The translations under genes were made by a program, and so were the position numbers. A DNA stretch of 63,909 nucleotides, counting the filler, from Reticulomyxa filosa (lineage: Eukaryota; Protista; Foraminifera), in assembly GCA_000512085.1 (NCBI GenBank). It is 18 parts of 18 records of this genome, joined end to end, with 100 filler letters (N's around TTAATTAATTAA, not from the genome) between each part and the next. Parts side by side here need not be neighbours in the genome. Positions count along the whole stretch, not along the records: positions 51,091 to 56,012 come from ASPP01004928.1; positions 56,113 to 62,571 come from ASPP01012586.1; positions 62,672 to 63,909 come from ASPP01023335.1; 15 more parts are not named here. One strand, given 5' to 3'. The number at the start of each line of letters is the position of its first letter. The first letter of the stretch is position 1. The notes under the pieces were generated by a model. It was not told where the DNA came from. It worked only from the letters and a program-made list of their open reading frames with translations, and did not search any database. Below are positions 51,140-63,909 of this stretch, in pieces.

Positions 51140-54070
51140 GTGCGAATGAATGCAACTATGGCGGCACAAGGACCCACAGATCGTTATTGTTTTAGAGCAG
51201 GAATTGTGAAGTTTTCATATTTGATTGCGATGCCAATGAACTCGTCAACATGGGACTGTACATCTGGAGGATACGATATTACAACTGGTAATAACATTAC
51301 ATCGGCGATCGGACGTCTACACATGGCGACAACCCGTTTTGCAGAAAAACACATTAGAGATGCGTTGGATGGCGAGTTGCTGATGCATAATTCAAGCAAC
51401 AAGACGTGTACCAACTTTTATGGTATTGCTTTGACTGATAGACAGCCACAAAATTATCGATCGGGTCCTGTACCAATCAAAATCCTTGTTTGACTGGTTA
51501 TAGTGGTCTCAAATTCCAAAATACTCAACGTGTGTCACCGCCAACCAAGTTGTCGACCTGAAGAACTGGATTCGCAATGTCTTATGTGTCAAACCAAGTT
51601 TTGTTTTTTGTGCAACTAATAGTATTTTTTATTTGCCAAAAATATGTTCAATATAAGTTTTTGACTTGCAACAGACCATCAATCAAGCAACCAACGAAAC
51701 ATCGACAAAACCCCAACCAAGCATCACACAAAAAGTCCAACCAGACATCAACCAAAGCACCAACAAGTCACCCAACTTCGGGCCCAGCTTCGTTTCCGAC
51801 AGTACGCGCAATTCCAAGTGATGCCGTTGGAATGTTGAAGCCAAAAAAGAATCATCGATCAAAGCTGGCGAAATATTCAAAGTTATACGATCATTGTCAT
51901 TTATCCAATTTGTGGTTGGCTGGTCCCGACACTATGGCGTTCCACTTTGTGATGCAAAAAGAGTTGGATTTGGGCGATTAAAAGGCAATACATGTTTACG
52001 TGAGTGGGACTTTAACAAAATTAACGGACTCGTAGGGCTTGGCGAACATGGAAATCGGACAACAGATTTGCATGATCACTTATTTGATAACCTAACTTGG
52101 GATTGTGACCAATAAGAAATGACATCAACTTATTGGTCAACACAAAATGGAAACTTTGGCACCAACAAGCGCTCCAACATTTTCGCCAACATTTTCCCCA
52201 ACTTTCTATTCAACCTTTTCTCCGACAGGTGCTCCAAAATATTCACCAACACGCCCCAACTTTTTCTCCAACAGGAGCTCCACAAGCGCTCCGACATTTC
52301 CACCACACTAATCACGTATTCGCCAACAATGCCCAATGAATACGCTGGCATTCTGTCCAACCTATTCTCCAACAGGTGCACCGACATTTAGCATACACCA
52401 ACTTTTCACCAACGAAAGCCCAACGGAGTCGCAACACGGTACCAACGATTATCCAACGAATGTCCCAACACAAAGTCCGACCTTCAACGTATTCATCAAC
52501 GATGCACCAGCATTCAGTCCCATGTATTCGACGAATGCACAACTTTCTCTTCAACTTATTCCCCAACGAGGCCCCAACATTCACCGACTGAGCTCCAAAA
52601 TTCGTCCAACTTATTCGCCAATAAATGCTCCAACGGTGCACCGACCTTCCTCCAATATATTCACCAACGAGCGCTCCAACATACAGTCCCACGTACCCAA
52701 CAACTTATTTACCAACCAATGCACACACGCAGTCGCCAACTTTTTCTCCAACATTTCGCCAACGGGCGCGCCAACACAGCCACCAACCTATTCATCTACT
52801 TACTCGCCAACGAGTGTTCCAATGGTGATACTAACATACTCGCCAACATATTCCCCAACGGCGCTCCAACATACTCGCCAACCTTTTCTCCAACTGCGCC
52901 TCAACAAGTGCTCCAACGTAGTCTCCAACAAACACAGGCACAATCACCGTCTGATGCCAACGTGTTCACTAACAGGTGTTCCAACGTACTCACAGACTGC
53001 TTTGCAACGGGGTGCACCAACATACTGCCAACGGACAGTCCAACATATTCCCCAACTGTGCTCCAACAAGCATCAGACACAATCACCAACAGACAACCCG
53101 ACTTACTATTCAATGATCCACCAACTGGCGCTCCAACGTACAGTCTAACTTATTCTCCAACAAACGCTCAACGGAATCGGACGAATAATGCAACAATAAT
53201 TAACTTACCACATATTCGCTAACGGTGCTCCAACGTATTCACCAACATTTCAACTCTCGCTAACATATTCCACAACGTACTATCAACGGCGCTCCAACGT
53301 ACTCACCGACCTTTTGCCATCGTTTCCACAACAAGCACTCCAACGTTTTGCCAAAGTTTTTCCTATCCAACATTTCTCCGACAGGTACTCCAACAAGCGC
53401 TCAAATATTTTACTAATATGCCCTACATTCGTCGAACTTATGTGCCAACAAATACTCCAACGGATGCAACCTTATCTCCAACTTATTCAACGAACGCCCC
53501 AACATTAATCACACATACTCGCCAACCTATTCACCAACGGAGTCACCGACCGATGCACACACGCAGTTGCCAACTTATTCTCCAATAATGCCCCAATGAA
53601 TAAGATAACATTCTGTCCAACATATTCTCAACGGGTTCCCGACAGTTAGTCCCACGTACTCGCCAACGAAGTCGCCAACTAAAGCGCCAACACAGTCACC
53701 AACGTATTCCAACTTTACCAATAAATGCGCCAACGTAGTCACAAACTAACGCGCCAACAAAGTCTCAACGTGTATTCCTACTTACTCACCAACGAATGCA
53801 CTAATATTTCCGACATATTCGCCAACGTATTTGCCAACGAGATTCCAACGGAGACAACATAATACGAACATTCTTACCAACTATTCACCACGGGCTCCGA
53901 CATACTCGCCAAACAATCGCCAACGGACAGCACAGCTTATTCCCAAAGGCTCCAACATTCAATCCAAAATATTCTCCCCAACTGGTGCTCCAATTTACTC
54001 GTCAACGTATTTGCCAACGGGCACTCCAACGTATTCGCCAACATACTCGCCATCGTTAGCAAATTTGTAA
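51140..54070 (+). pseudogene. Decayed Pro/Thr/Ser-rich 'PTYSPT' repeat (mucin/extensin-like) surface-protein gene
   Basis: Many ccaac(g/a)ta(t/c)tc(g/a)ccaac-type units between about 52140 and 54070 encode PTYSPT/GAPT in shifting frames with many stops. A Cys-containing non-repetitive segment lies upstream. Confidence 0.75.
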
Positions 54071-54169
54071 CGAGGGCCTTTGACGTATTGAAACACTCGC
54101 GCACGCAAAAGAAAAACGACATATTTTATTTATCGCAAGTGTTCATTGTCATGTTATTACGTAACGTTT

Positions 54170-56012
54170 GCGCGTGATGACCAATGACGCAACGAAGAAG
54201 ACAGGCCAAGAGCTTAGATATATTGAAACCCAACTGTCCAAAAGAACAATGACGGACGAATGTGGACCATTGAATGGGAGATCTTCAAGTCTTTTCGCTG
54301 GCTCGCAACAAAGACAAATGAGCACATCATTCAAAAGTTCCGTCGCGAGGTGGCCAACGCGAGAAGACAGCAGCATCTTGAAGAAAAGAAAGCACGCAAG
54401 TTGGCTTTGATTACAGCCAAAGACACACACGAAAACAAAAGCGCAATTACGAAGCGATATGAATTGATCGAACAACTGCTGCTGCAAATCACAAAGTCGG
54501 CGATCCATTTGTGGTTCGTTTGGAAACATTTGTTACGTTATCGACAAGAGTTGTTGAAGGAGTTTTTGGACAGTGGCGAAGCTTATCGTGTTGCGTCTTT
54601 TACGTTCGGCCTTTGGAACGCTTCCAATCACCGCACAACGAGAGCAAGAACTGCTCAATGATCCGTTGGATATCATGCAGAGCGGAACGGAAGAAACGGA
54701 AGAAGCGAAAAAACCGGATGTGATTAGAGCCACATTGTTTTAACGCATTGGCACGTCTATTTTTCAATTCGTTTCGCAATGTCAAGTTGGTGGCAATGGC
54801 TCGACGCAATCAGTGAACGGGCACAATCAAAGAACTAATGGAAACGCAGCACAAGGAACAACAGAGTCTGGAAATGGCCAGAAAACGATGGCTTCAAGAA
54901 CTGGCGCTGGAGAAACAAACACAAACCGGCTGTGGTGGATGATGACACCGAAATGAAACAAATAGTCAAAGTGGACGAAATCAAGAACGATGAAATTGAC
55001 ATCCTTCGAATTTGATCATCGCGACATTTTTTGTATTGGAGGCCTGCTATGACCTGAATCGCTTTTCCAATTTCTCGATTTGGGTTGGCAACAAGCAACG
55101 TATGCGACAACTCGTAAACAACAAGCGTCTCATGAGCGAACGCGAAACTGCAGCCAAGCGCTTGACATTGCTACCCAGTTTATCACGTATCCTGACATTG
55201 TCGAGTTTTTGTGGGAACCCAAGCCCAAAGAGTTGGGAGTCAAAATTACCGAGGCGCTTTGATCAAAGGTGTTAGGTATGGAGACGACATGTTGGCCCCC
55301 CCCCCCACGCCCAGGCATTTGCGTATGGTACTTTACGAATGGAAGCGCAAGAACCTTCACCGAGATGTCTGCATTGTGATATTGACCGAGTGTTCAAGAT
55401 CTTGGCGGCAGATCGTCCTTTGGAGTCACTCGTAACACGGCTTGGAAAATCTTGGAGTCGTGCGTGAACGACCCGAACACCAATTCGAACGACGAAATCA
55501 TGATTGGCACTCATCAGAGTCGGTTCAACAAGTCGAGTTATAGTTTCAAGGAGATTAGTTTCAAACCAAGAATCTTGGAGCACCTTGGACACGTTTTCTT
55601 CAATTGCGTTCAAAACGGAATATCGAGACAAATTGCTGTTGGTGTTGGTAAAGCAAATTTATGAAATCGATTTCACAAAAGAGAGTCCGAAAGAAACAAA
55701 GAAAGACAAGGCCACATGAAAAAATGAGAAGAAGACAAAAGACAAAAAAGATTTTGCCAACGGAAAAGCGTAAAAAAAAAAAAAAAGCCGAATTGCAGAA
55801 GACGAACGGCTGATCCGAGACCTAATGGGAAGCCAATGATGACAATATTGAAGTGAGCGTGGATGGTAGCAGCACATGGGTCAGTGGAGTGATTACAAAA
55901 AGCGTTACATTGAAAGCAATGTTGGTGAGTTTATTACTGTGTCTTACAAAGACTCCTTCGCAAACAAAGACAAAGGAATTCCGAATCTTGATACCAAACA
56001 CATTCGCCCCCC
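54170..56012 (+). pseudogene. Frameshifted remnant of a helical-repeat-like gene followed by a Tudor/SH3-like fragment
   Basis: Protein-like fragments in alternating frames. The end reads IEVSVDGSSTWVSGVITK-RYIESNVGEFITVSY...TKHIRP, a beta-barrel-like pattern. Confidence 0.4.
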
Positions 56013-56112
56013 NNNNNNNNNNNNNNNNNNNNNNNNNNNNNNNNNNNNNNNNNNNNTTAATTAATTAANNNNNNNNNNNNNNNNNNNNNNNNNNNNNNNN
56101 NNNNNNNNNNNN

Positions 56113-56609
56113 TGTGTGACACCATATGCATATACAAGCCCCATAGTGACGTGTTCGCGTCGGGAGCTTCCGATGGAATTGTTCGGCTTTGGTGTGTTGG
56201 CAAGTCATCCTTTTCTCATATTCGCTCCATTCGCATACCCAATGGCGGTTATATCAATGCCATGGAATGGAACAAAAAAGGTAATATTCTCTTTTGCGGC
56301 GTCGGTGATGAACATCGTCTGGGCCGATGGGAACATGTCCTCGCCGCGAGAAATGGCCTTTGCATTATTGAACTGCCTATTGGTGCTGAAGATGGTCACA
56401 ACTCCATCTCTGCAGAGCAGTGCTCTATCAAATTTGACGATGCTGTCCATTGGGACAGATGGTCACCACTGGAAAAAGGTTACGATCAAGTTAACTTGAA
56501 AAAAATGGAAGAACAACTGACAAAACAGAAACTCCAGGAACAAAGCCAAGACAAAATTAACGATGAATGGAGCAACTTTTTTGGCAAAGCCTTTGGAACT
56601 TTTGAATGA
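56113..56609 (+). CDS. RRP9: U3 snoRNP WD40 protein RRP9/U3-55K, C-terminus (5'-truncated)
   Basis: SDVFASGASDGIVRLW...GYINAMEW...LFCGVGDEHRLGRW...ARNGLCII matches the RRP9 'GQEHRLGRW' signature. Confidence 0.9.
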
Positions 56610-57325
56610 GTTGATGATTTGTCATAAAGGAAGCCGGGTGACATTTTCCTACATTAGAAAATGTACCCACAATTATTACCTGGTTTTTAAAAGAATTTTT
56701 TATCTTGCAAAACTACGTGCATTTGTTGATTTTATTTATTGTCATTATCATTGTTATTTTAAAAAAAACACTAAAATATGCAATTTCGAAATACAAAAAT
56801 TGGAATTTTGTAGGCACCACAATAATACTCTTAACAACACGTCAAGAGACAAAAAAAGGAAAGCTTTATTTTAAAAAATAGAAAAAAGACAAGAAAAGTT
56901 TGAGATTGTTGGGATACATTTTGTTGCTATCGTGCGAGTTTTTGTCCAATATATACCACATGAAGACAATTTACTTCATATAAAAAAAATATAATTGTGA
57001 ACTTTGCTACGAGTTACAATGATTTTGAGGCCTTTTCTTCAAGTTTTCTGTGTCGCACGTTTTTTACAGCAACTCATCAGAACGATTATTTTGATTATCG
57101 GGATAAGTTTTTTTATTTTAACTTTTTATAAACATAAATATTAATTTGTAATTGAAGTATTTTCGTAAAATTTAGGCATAGCTCATGATCACATGGTTTA
57201 CTAACCTTTTTGCAAATATTTAAAATTGAAAATCTTATAGGAGACTAACGTCATACAATTTATTAATGACAGGTTATGAGAAATGATTGTCAGATTTGAA
57301 ATGGACAAACAATATTTGTTTAAAC

Positions 57326-58598
57326 ATGAGGACATTCGAAACAGCATATTACAACAAAAAATTTGGAAAAAACTCAAGTCAAAAAATAATTTGTTCAAAA
57401 AATAAAATCTCTGTTGACTGGCAAAAAAAATACAAAAATTTGTCCATTAAGTTTAAACAACTCCAAGTGGAACACGAAAAGCTCACAGTTCAGAGTTTTA
57501 TGGTCAACAATAATCCGAGAAGATTGTAAGAAAACAAAAATCATACTATAGACTATTCAACGAGAAAAAATAAAAGTTTTGCAGAGTGAAATAAAATATG
57601 TTGTCCATCATATGGGAGAAAAACTAGAAAAATTAGAAACAACGTTGCTGTGGTACCGCAAAAAATGTATAAAATTGATGCGACATCAAACTGATTTGAC
57701 ATCTCAAAACAAAAAACATGTCAACAACCACTCAACTCAGACGATTGATTCATGTTTGGATAATTCTTATCTGCTTCCTTTCAGTGAAACAAAGTACTGT
57801 TCAATTTGAGTGTCTTTTTTTTACTCCTTGGTTTTATCAACTCTTCCATGTGGACTGGTTTGCAGGTCAGCAAGTAAAACAAATGATAACAAAATTGTTC
57901 AAATGAATGACAAGAATTTCAAAGGCAAAAAAGTTCAATCACAAGAAACCGACAAAGCGTCAGAATCCTCAAGCCCACAAGCTAACAATTTTCCTTATGA
58001 GCATAACGAATTTTCAACTAAAAGATCATATTCAAGTAAAAATTTCCAACAAAAAAATGTTCCAATTAACGTCACAACTTCCTATTTTGATGATGAAATT
58101 GCAGCACAGCACAATGCTGTAATTGCAAAACTACGTGCTCGTTTGGATGCAATGAATGAAATTCTTGCTTCTACAAAACAAACATGCAAGCAAATCGAAT
58201 CTACAGATTTACCACATTTAAAACAAAACACAAGCCCCAGGATTTAGATTTTATGCAGTTTTGAAAAATGCTTTGATTCTAACTCTTTTTGTTATATTTC
58301 TTCCAAGACAATCAATTTTTGCGTTTTAAGGTTTAGATCTTCTCGGCAAGTTGCCCTTTCGGATCCACAAAAAGATAACAGACATTCTGCTCCTCTATTG
58401 ACTAATGTGGGTGATCAAAGTCCAAGCTTATCCGAGTCAAATTCAGTAACAGATCTAAAACTAACACAAGCGCACAGTGACAAATTTGTATTGAAAAAAA
58501 TTGACCAAAAAAGCAAAAATTTGTCAAATACTGACTATGGCCAAATTGTGGCACAAATTAACAAAGAATTAAACTCTTTTTCTCATTTTGTTAATTAA
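57326..58598 (+). CDS. Hypothetical coiled-coil protein, multi-exon
   Basis: Four consecutive + strand ORF segments with coiled-coil character (WQKKYKNLSIKFKQLQVEHEKL; IAKLRARLDAMNEIL) and plausible GT-AG junctions. Confidence 0.5.
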
Positions 58599-61575
58599 TA
58601 TACTTTTGTCTTATCATAAAAAAGAGCTTTTTGGATAACGCTTTTTCAAGTTTCTTCATTTACTTTCTTTTCTTATTTCATGTATTTCCCTTTTTTTAAT
58701 TTAATTTTTTATTTTTCATTGCGTATAATCAATTTAATTAGTTACCGATTCAGATTTCTCAGATCTTCTTGCTGACTTTCTGCTTACATCAGATCTATGT
58801 TCAAAATTTACATAAAGCTTCGTATATCAAGCATTTTGAGACAACTCTGTAAATGCTAAAAAGTGTTTATGATTTAATCGGCATGGTATCATATTTGAAA
58901 TTGTATATATGCTATGTATAAGCATCATTCAATAAAAAAAAAACAAAAAACGTTGTTCCAATAACTTTTGCAGTGTCAGATTTAAACTAAATGATTTCTC
59001 TAGTTTAAAAAGAATGAAATGTCAATTAAAAATATCAACAATAAAGAAAATTAGCAAAAAAAAAGAAATTTAATATTTAAAAACTACAAAATTAGTATAT
59101 ATTTTTTTAAAATCTTTATCTTTAATGGAGAAAATCGATTCTCTTCATATAATGCCATTTAAGTATTGCGGTTGTTTCTGCAATATACTGTAATATGATT
59201 TTCGCAAAAAGAATTCTATTTCTCGATACTCGTGTTGTTCCATCAACACAACACAAGTATATTACATTGATGAAACTCTATTTCTCTTTACTGTTTTTAC
59301 ATCCATAAACAAATTGTTTTGCACATGAAATGATACAATAATTGACCATTTAGAGAAAATGTAGCACATGTTAATGAACGAGAATGTCGTTCTAATTTTT
59401 TTAATTTTTCGACAGTTTTTACATTTCATAAACCAATAATTCCATCTAGATTGTATAGTCGAATTACGTTATCACTTTAAGCTAAAATAATTGTACGCCT
59501 ATCTGGTGAAAATCCTACACAAGTTTCTCCAAATAAATTTAATATCTTCAACAATTTTATATTTCGCATACATTTAAATCATGTTCACCATTAACAGAAA
59601 AAATCATTTCTAACTTGGAGAAGAAATGATATTCATTCACTACTTGATCTATTATGTTTTATATTAATCAACGTGATATATTTTCTTATATTGGCATAGC
59701 AGAAAGAGAAATAAAGTGGGTTAATTAGATTACTTAACATTATAATATCAACACTTTGATTATTTATAAAACAATGATAACAAATCCAAATGAAGATCGA
59801 CACTAACAAGGTGACTGCCAGATTGATGGAATCGTATTTACTATTCAATGTCGATGTAGAAACACGTTATAAAAAATTGCCTTTTCACCATGATGCATAA
59901 TTGAGACCATTATCCATTAAAGATTTTGGACATGTAATACTTTTTTGTGACGATTTGAAGCGCTTTGATCGTCTTGGAGCATATCGAATCTCAAAGCAAA
60001 AAAGCAAAATCAATGTAATTATGAAAATTCAGACTGCATATTTAAATCAATTTCGCTTGTCCGTGATCTTTCGAGGTTGCTAAATATTTATGTCACATTG
60101 ATACCACAATATTTCTTCAGAAAGTGTCTATATTTATTTTTGCTTAGACTCCGTTCATGTACTAACATATGCAGAAATTCAATACGTTCCATTGAAACCA
60201 GTATTCGAGTAGGCACATGAACTCGAGCACGATGGATAATTCGATACAAAGTCAACTTCACAGTAGGATATTGTGTCAGATAAAGGGTTGGGCCAATGTC
60301 AGAGAATAAGACGGAGATTGCATTGGATGCGGGATATGTCGTGTATAAAAAATTTGTGTTGTTGTGTAATATTGACTTGAGTGGCACTCTTGATAATTTA
60401 ATTATAATTGATTTAAAAAAGAGATAGTGTGATTATAAGCAAATGCGTTAGTGGATGACATATACAGTGATATCTCCGTTGTGATGCCTGGCAATTGCCT
60501 TTATTTCGCTACTGTTCAAAGGACGTTTAATACAATTCAGTGGCACGCCTCCTTTTGCAAAGAGGTCATTGGCAGCCCACTTTCATAGTATGTATCGCTG
60601 GCCCTTAGCGTTTTAAGCAAGTCAACGCATAACATCCTTCGGACGTGTGATAAACGATTATGTATGTTCACCAAGTTAAGTCACATACACTACAATAACA
60701 AGCAATATTCGAGCCACAATCTTATGATATCAAGATTTTTAGTTTCATAAAATTTTGACTTTTTGAATGGTTTAATTGCATTGACTAAAAATAAAAATAA
60801 AGTTGGAAAAGAGTTATATCAATGCGAAATTCGAATTTGCGAACATGTACAGCATTATGCAATATATTATTTGAAAAAGTATCTTTTCAGATGAAAGATT
60901 AATTTGTATTGTAGTGATATTTCTGCATTTGTCCATTATCAAAAATAAAGAAGTTATCTTTTTTTTTTGACAGAAATTTGTGAGTTTGTAGAAAAAAAAG
61001 AATTTTTTTTAGGAACTTATTATACCGAAATTGCACAATACATTTCTTAAAAAGTTGTACATACAAATCAGAAATTGAGCTTTAACCTGACATATACTGA
61101 ATTAGATAAATTTTGAAGACGAATTTGATAACAAAAACATGACTTGACAGATGTAGATAGACGCTAACGATGATATCATGGCCAAATTGTCAGATTAGAT
61201 TCTACTTATTAACGAATAAAATCAAAATGTACCTTATTCATAAATGGCAAAATTTAAAAAGTTGTTTTTCGTATCTACATTTTAAGTTAATCATTTTGAT
61301 TTTTTAGTACATGATCAATGAGCTGCATATTGCATAAGTCATAATGTAAACTATTGCCAGTCTATTTTGTATTCTTTCTAATCTAATATAAGTACTTTCT
61401 TATAGAAATCAAAAGAGCGGACAATTGCAAAAATTAACGAGTCACACGTTGATTTGAAAAAGCGTTTTGAGATACTGGAATATGAAACAAAAAAAAAGAG
61501 AATAGGTTTTATTTGTGGAATTGAATAAATGATTGTTGTGTGACAGGAAGAAGAGGTAAATGAAAAAATATGACC

Positions 61576-62545
61576 CTATGACCACTTTTGATCGTCATCC
61601 GAGTCATTATAGAAACTATGATCACTCTTTTTTTGACGGTTTGAAGAGTCAAGAGATTTGCGTCTACGTGATGCATAACTTTCATTAAAGGATATATCAT
61701 CAGATTCGTCGATATTGTCCTCTAGTTCGCGTTTTCTTCTTCTTCTCTCTCTGCGGCTCTTATTTTCCAGTTGTGAACTGTCTTGCATGTCGTCATCACT
61801 TGTTATTATTATTGTTATCATTATCATTATATTATGATTTAGTATTTGTGAAATGTGTCTCGAGTAATGAAAAAAACTAAACTTAATATCCCGTGAAAGG
61901 GCCGATTGTTGTCTTTTTTGAGATCTGTTGTGACCATATCGTTCATTGTCAATATCATCAGAAGAGTCGACAGAACGACGCCTGTGAGGAGTGTGGGGTA
62001 CGTCTCGTTCCTTTCCCTCAACCTTTTTGTCGTCTTTGTTGATGACATGTTTGCCTGGTAATGATTTCTTATTCTCTTCGAACAAACTTACATCTTCCTC
62101 AAACTCGCTCAAAAACGGGTGAGTTGGGTTTCGCTTCCAAATCTGATATCGCATTTCCTTCGCCAAAGGACTCTCTTCCAAATGCAAGAAATTATACGTA
62201 ACATACGTTTGTGTCCTTGTCAAGGTGTACCACGATGCACTAACACCTTTGTTTTTTTTTAAAAAAAACTTATTATTAGTAAGAATGTATCCCGAGACAA
62301 AACAAAGGAAAATGTAAATACTAACTTCCCAAAATCCCAAACAGATAGGGCTTATTCCACCACTTTCCTGTTGCAAATGGTGATACGCGCAACACTGCAA
62401 TGGGTAAAGTACCGCCAATTATTGAATACAAAAGCATGTTTCGCATTGTCTTGTATGATGCCTCACGAGCAAATTGTTCTTCGATTTTGTTTTGATGATA
62501 TTTTCCATTTGGTCCATATACTGGTGCTCCTGGGTGCTCCCTGTG
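61576..62545 (-). CDS. Hypothetical two-TM protein with charged tail (OCIA-like motif; 5'-truncated)
   Basis: Spliced: ...MLLYSIIGGTLPIAVLRV...KPYLFGILG/VSASWYTL...NFLHLEESPLAKEMR, then an R/D/S-rich tail ending DDDQKWS*. Confidence 0.55.
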
Positions 62546-63176
62546 CCAAATAATGCAAACAAACAAACAAANNNNNNNNNNNNNNNNNNNNNNNNNNNNN
62601 NNNNNNNNNNNNNNNTTAATTAATTAANNNNNNNNNNNNNNNNNNNNNNNNNNNNNNNNNNNNNNNNNNNNTGTAGTTGTTATTTGGAAAACTATTCAAA
62701 TAAATATATTTTTAATTACTGTCATTACAACAATACAACTAAAACATAAAATTACGCTCGGCAGAGTGCACATTTTCTTTACAATATTTTTGAAAGTTAA
62801 TTTGATGTTGTGCGCAATTCATACTTGCTTATTATATGATTGTGGAACCAAGAAAAAACACTTTGTTTTGTCATTGTGATGATTTTCATAATAGTGCATG
62901 TAGAATGCTTTCTTGATTCATTTCAAATTTATTAGCACCTTTTTCACTTATTCAATTCTATACAAAAGATACAATACTTGAATATCTTGCAATTTATTTG
63001 AATGCTTCAAAAAACATTGAACACAGCTTTTCAATTTTAAACGACAAAATAAGATAAAACACATCTTTCAATGCTTGCATTCAATCAAATCAAACAAGTT
63101 TAATATCAACTTACTTACTTTTAATCAAACTTTTCAAACAAAAATACTTTCATTTCTTGTTCAACAAAAAAGTAAA

Positions 63177-63909
63177 TTATCCCCAAATACGAATGGGACC
63201 TCTCCATGAACCATAACACAAATTCAAACCATTTGTCTTCTCTTTCTTTTTCAATCCAATAAATTTAAGACAAAATATTACATTATCTTCTTTATCTCCT
63301 TCAATCACATGCAATTCATTATTATTTGATCGAATATCCCAAAAACGAATTGTATTATCATATGATCCAGAACATATTACATTTGAATTACCAATACTAT
63401 TCTTTATTACAAATGGTGAATATTCAACAGCATAAACAAGACTTGTATGTCCATTAAATACTTGGATTTGTTGACGTGATCGAATATCCCACAAACGAAC
63501 GCTTTTATCTTTTGATCCAGATAATATTGTATTCAATAATTCATTTGAGCCATATTTTAAACTCATAATCCAACTTGAATGTCCTTCTAATAAATTGAAT
63601 TGTTTTGTTGTTTCAATATCCCATATTCGAATGGTGTCATCATATGATCCAGAACAAATTGTATATCCATTTCCACCAATCTTATTACTTTTATTTTCAT
63701 TATTATTATTATCTTGTAATGGTGAAATATCAACACACCAAATACTACTTTTATGTCCATTAAAAACATGTAATGATTTTGATTTTTTAACATCCCATAA
63801 ACGAATTGTTTTGTCATATGATCCAGAACAAATGACATTTTGACGATTGTTATGATAATGATATAATGAAAATTTCGTACATCTCACAAAACTTGAATGT
63901 CCGTTGAAT
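63177..63909 (-). CDS. WD40-repeat protein of the lineage-expanded family (5' part outside window)
   Basis: NVICSGSYDKTIRLWD, GGNGYTICSGSYDDTIRIWDIETTKQ, YGSNELLNTILSGSKDKSVRLWDIRS, LCYGSWRGPIRIWG*. Confidence 0.95.
   Translation of the reverse strand, partial: FNGHSSFVRCTKFSLYHYHNNRQNVICSGSYDKTIRLWDVKKSKSLHVFNGHKSSIWCVDISPLQDNNNNENKSNKIGGNGYTICSGSYDDTIRIWDIETTKQFNLLEGHSSWIMSLKYGSNELLNTILSGSKDKSVRLWDIRSRQQIQVFNGHTSLVYAVEYSPFVIKNSIGNSNVICSGSYDNTIRFWDIRSNNNELHVIEGDKEDNVIFCLKFIGLKKKEKTNGLNLCYGSWRGPIRIWG

Noticed and set aside
58700-61450. Coding-like fragments such as ORF 60088-60387
   Set aside because: Stops in all frames and no recognisable motif; probably old pseudogene debris that cannot be assigned.

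Overview
This is not one locus. It is 18 short AT-rich eukaryotic contigs joined by 17 identical artificial 100-nt spacers (44 N + TTAATTAATTAA + 44 N, stops in all six frames), so adjacency across spacers means nothing. The expanded WD40 family ('ICSGSYDxTIRIWD...IRxWG'), short GT-AG introns with homopolymer runs and many decayed genes strongly resemble the foraminiferan Reticulomyxa filosa (Rhizaria); this is recognition from memory, not a database result. Recognisable spliced genes, several truncated by contig ends: XPF/ERCC4, an alpha/beta-hydrolase fragment, RBBP5/Swd1 with a long low-complexity tail, an atypical MAPK (TRH instead of TxY), a Vti1-like SNARE with an in-frame TGA, a Rab GTPase, a PHD-finger protein, two WD40 family members, an EMAP II/Arc1p-type tRNA-binding domain, a CLK/LAMMER kinase (FTD instead of HTD), Mic10 (not recovered as one ORF by the ORF track), a probable 7TM-RGS N-terminal half, CTP synthase, KDSR and RRP9. 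Decayed or repetitive parts include a multi-CAP-Gly pseudogene, a PTYSPT-repeat pseudogene, a 78-nt coding repeat with a nonsense codon, a 224-bp inverted repeat and a MITE-like element. I found no rRNA, tRNA or CRISPR array and no convincing multi-gene novel system; the best leads are single-gene or structural oddities.
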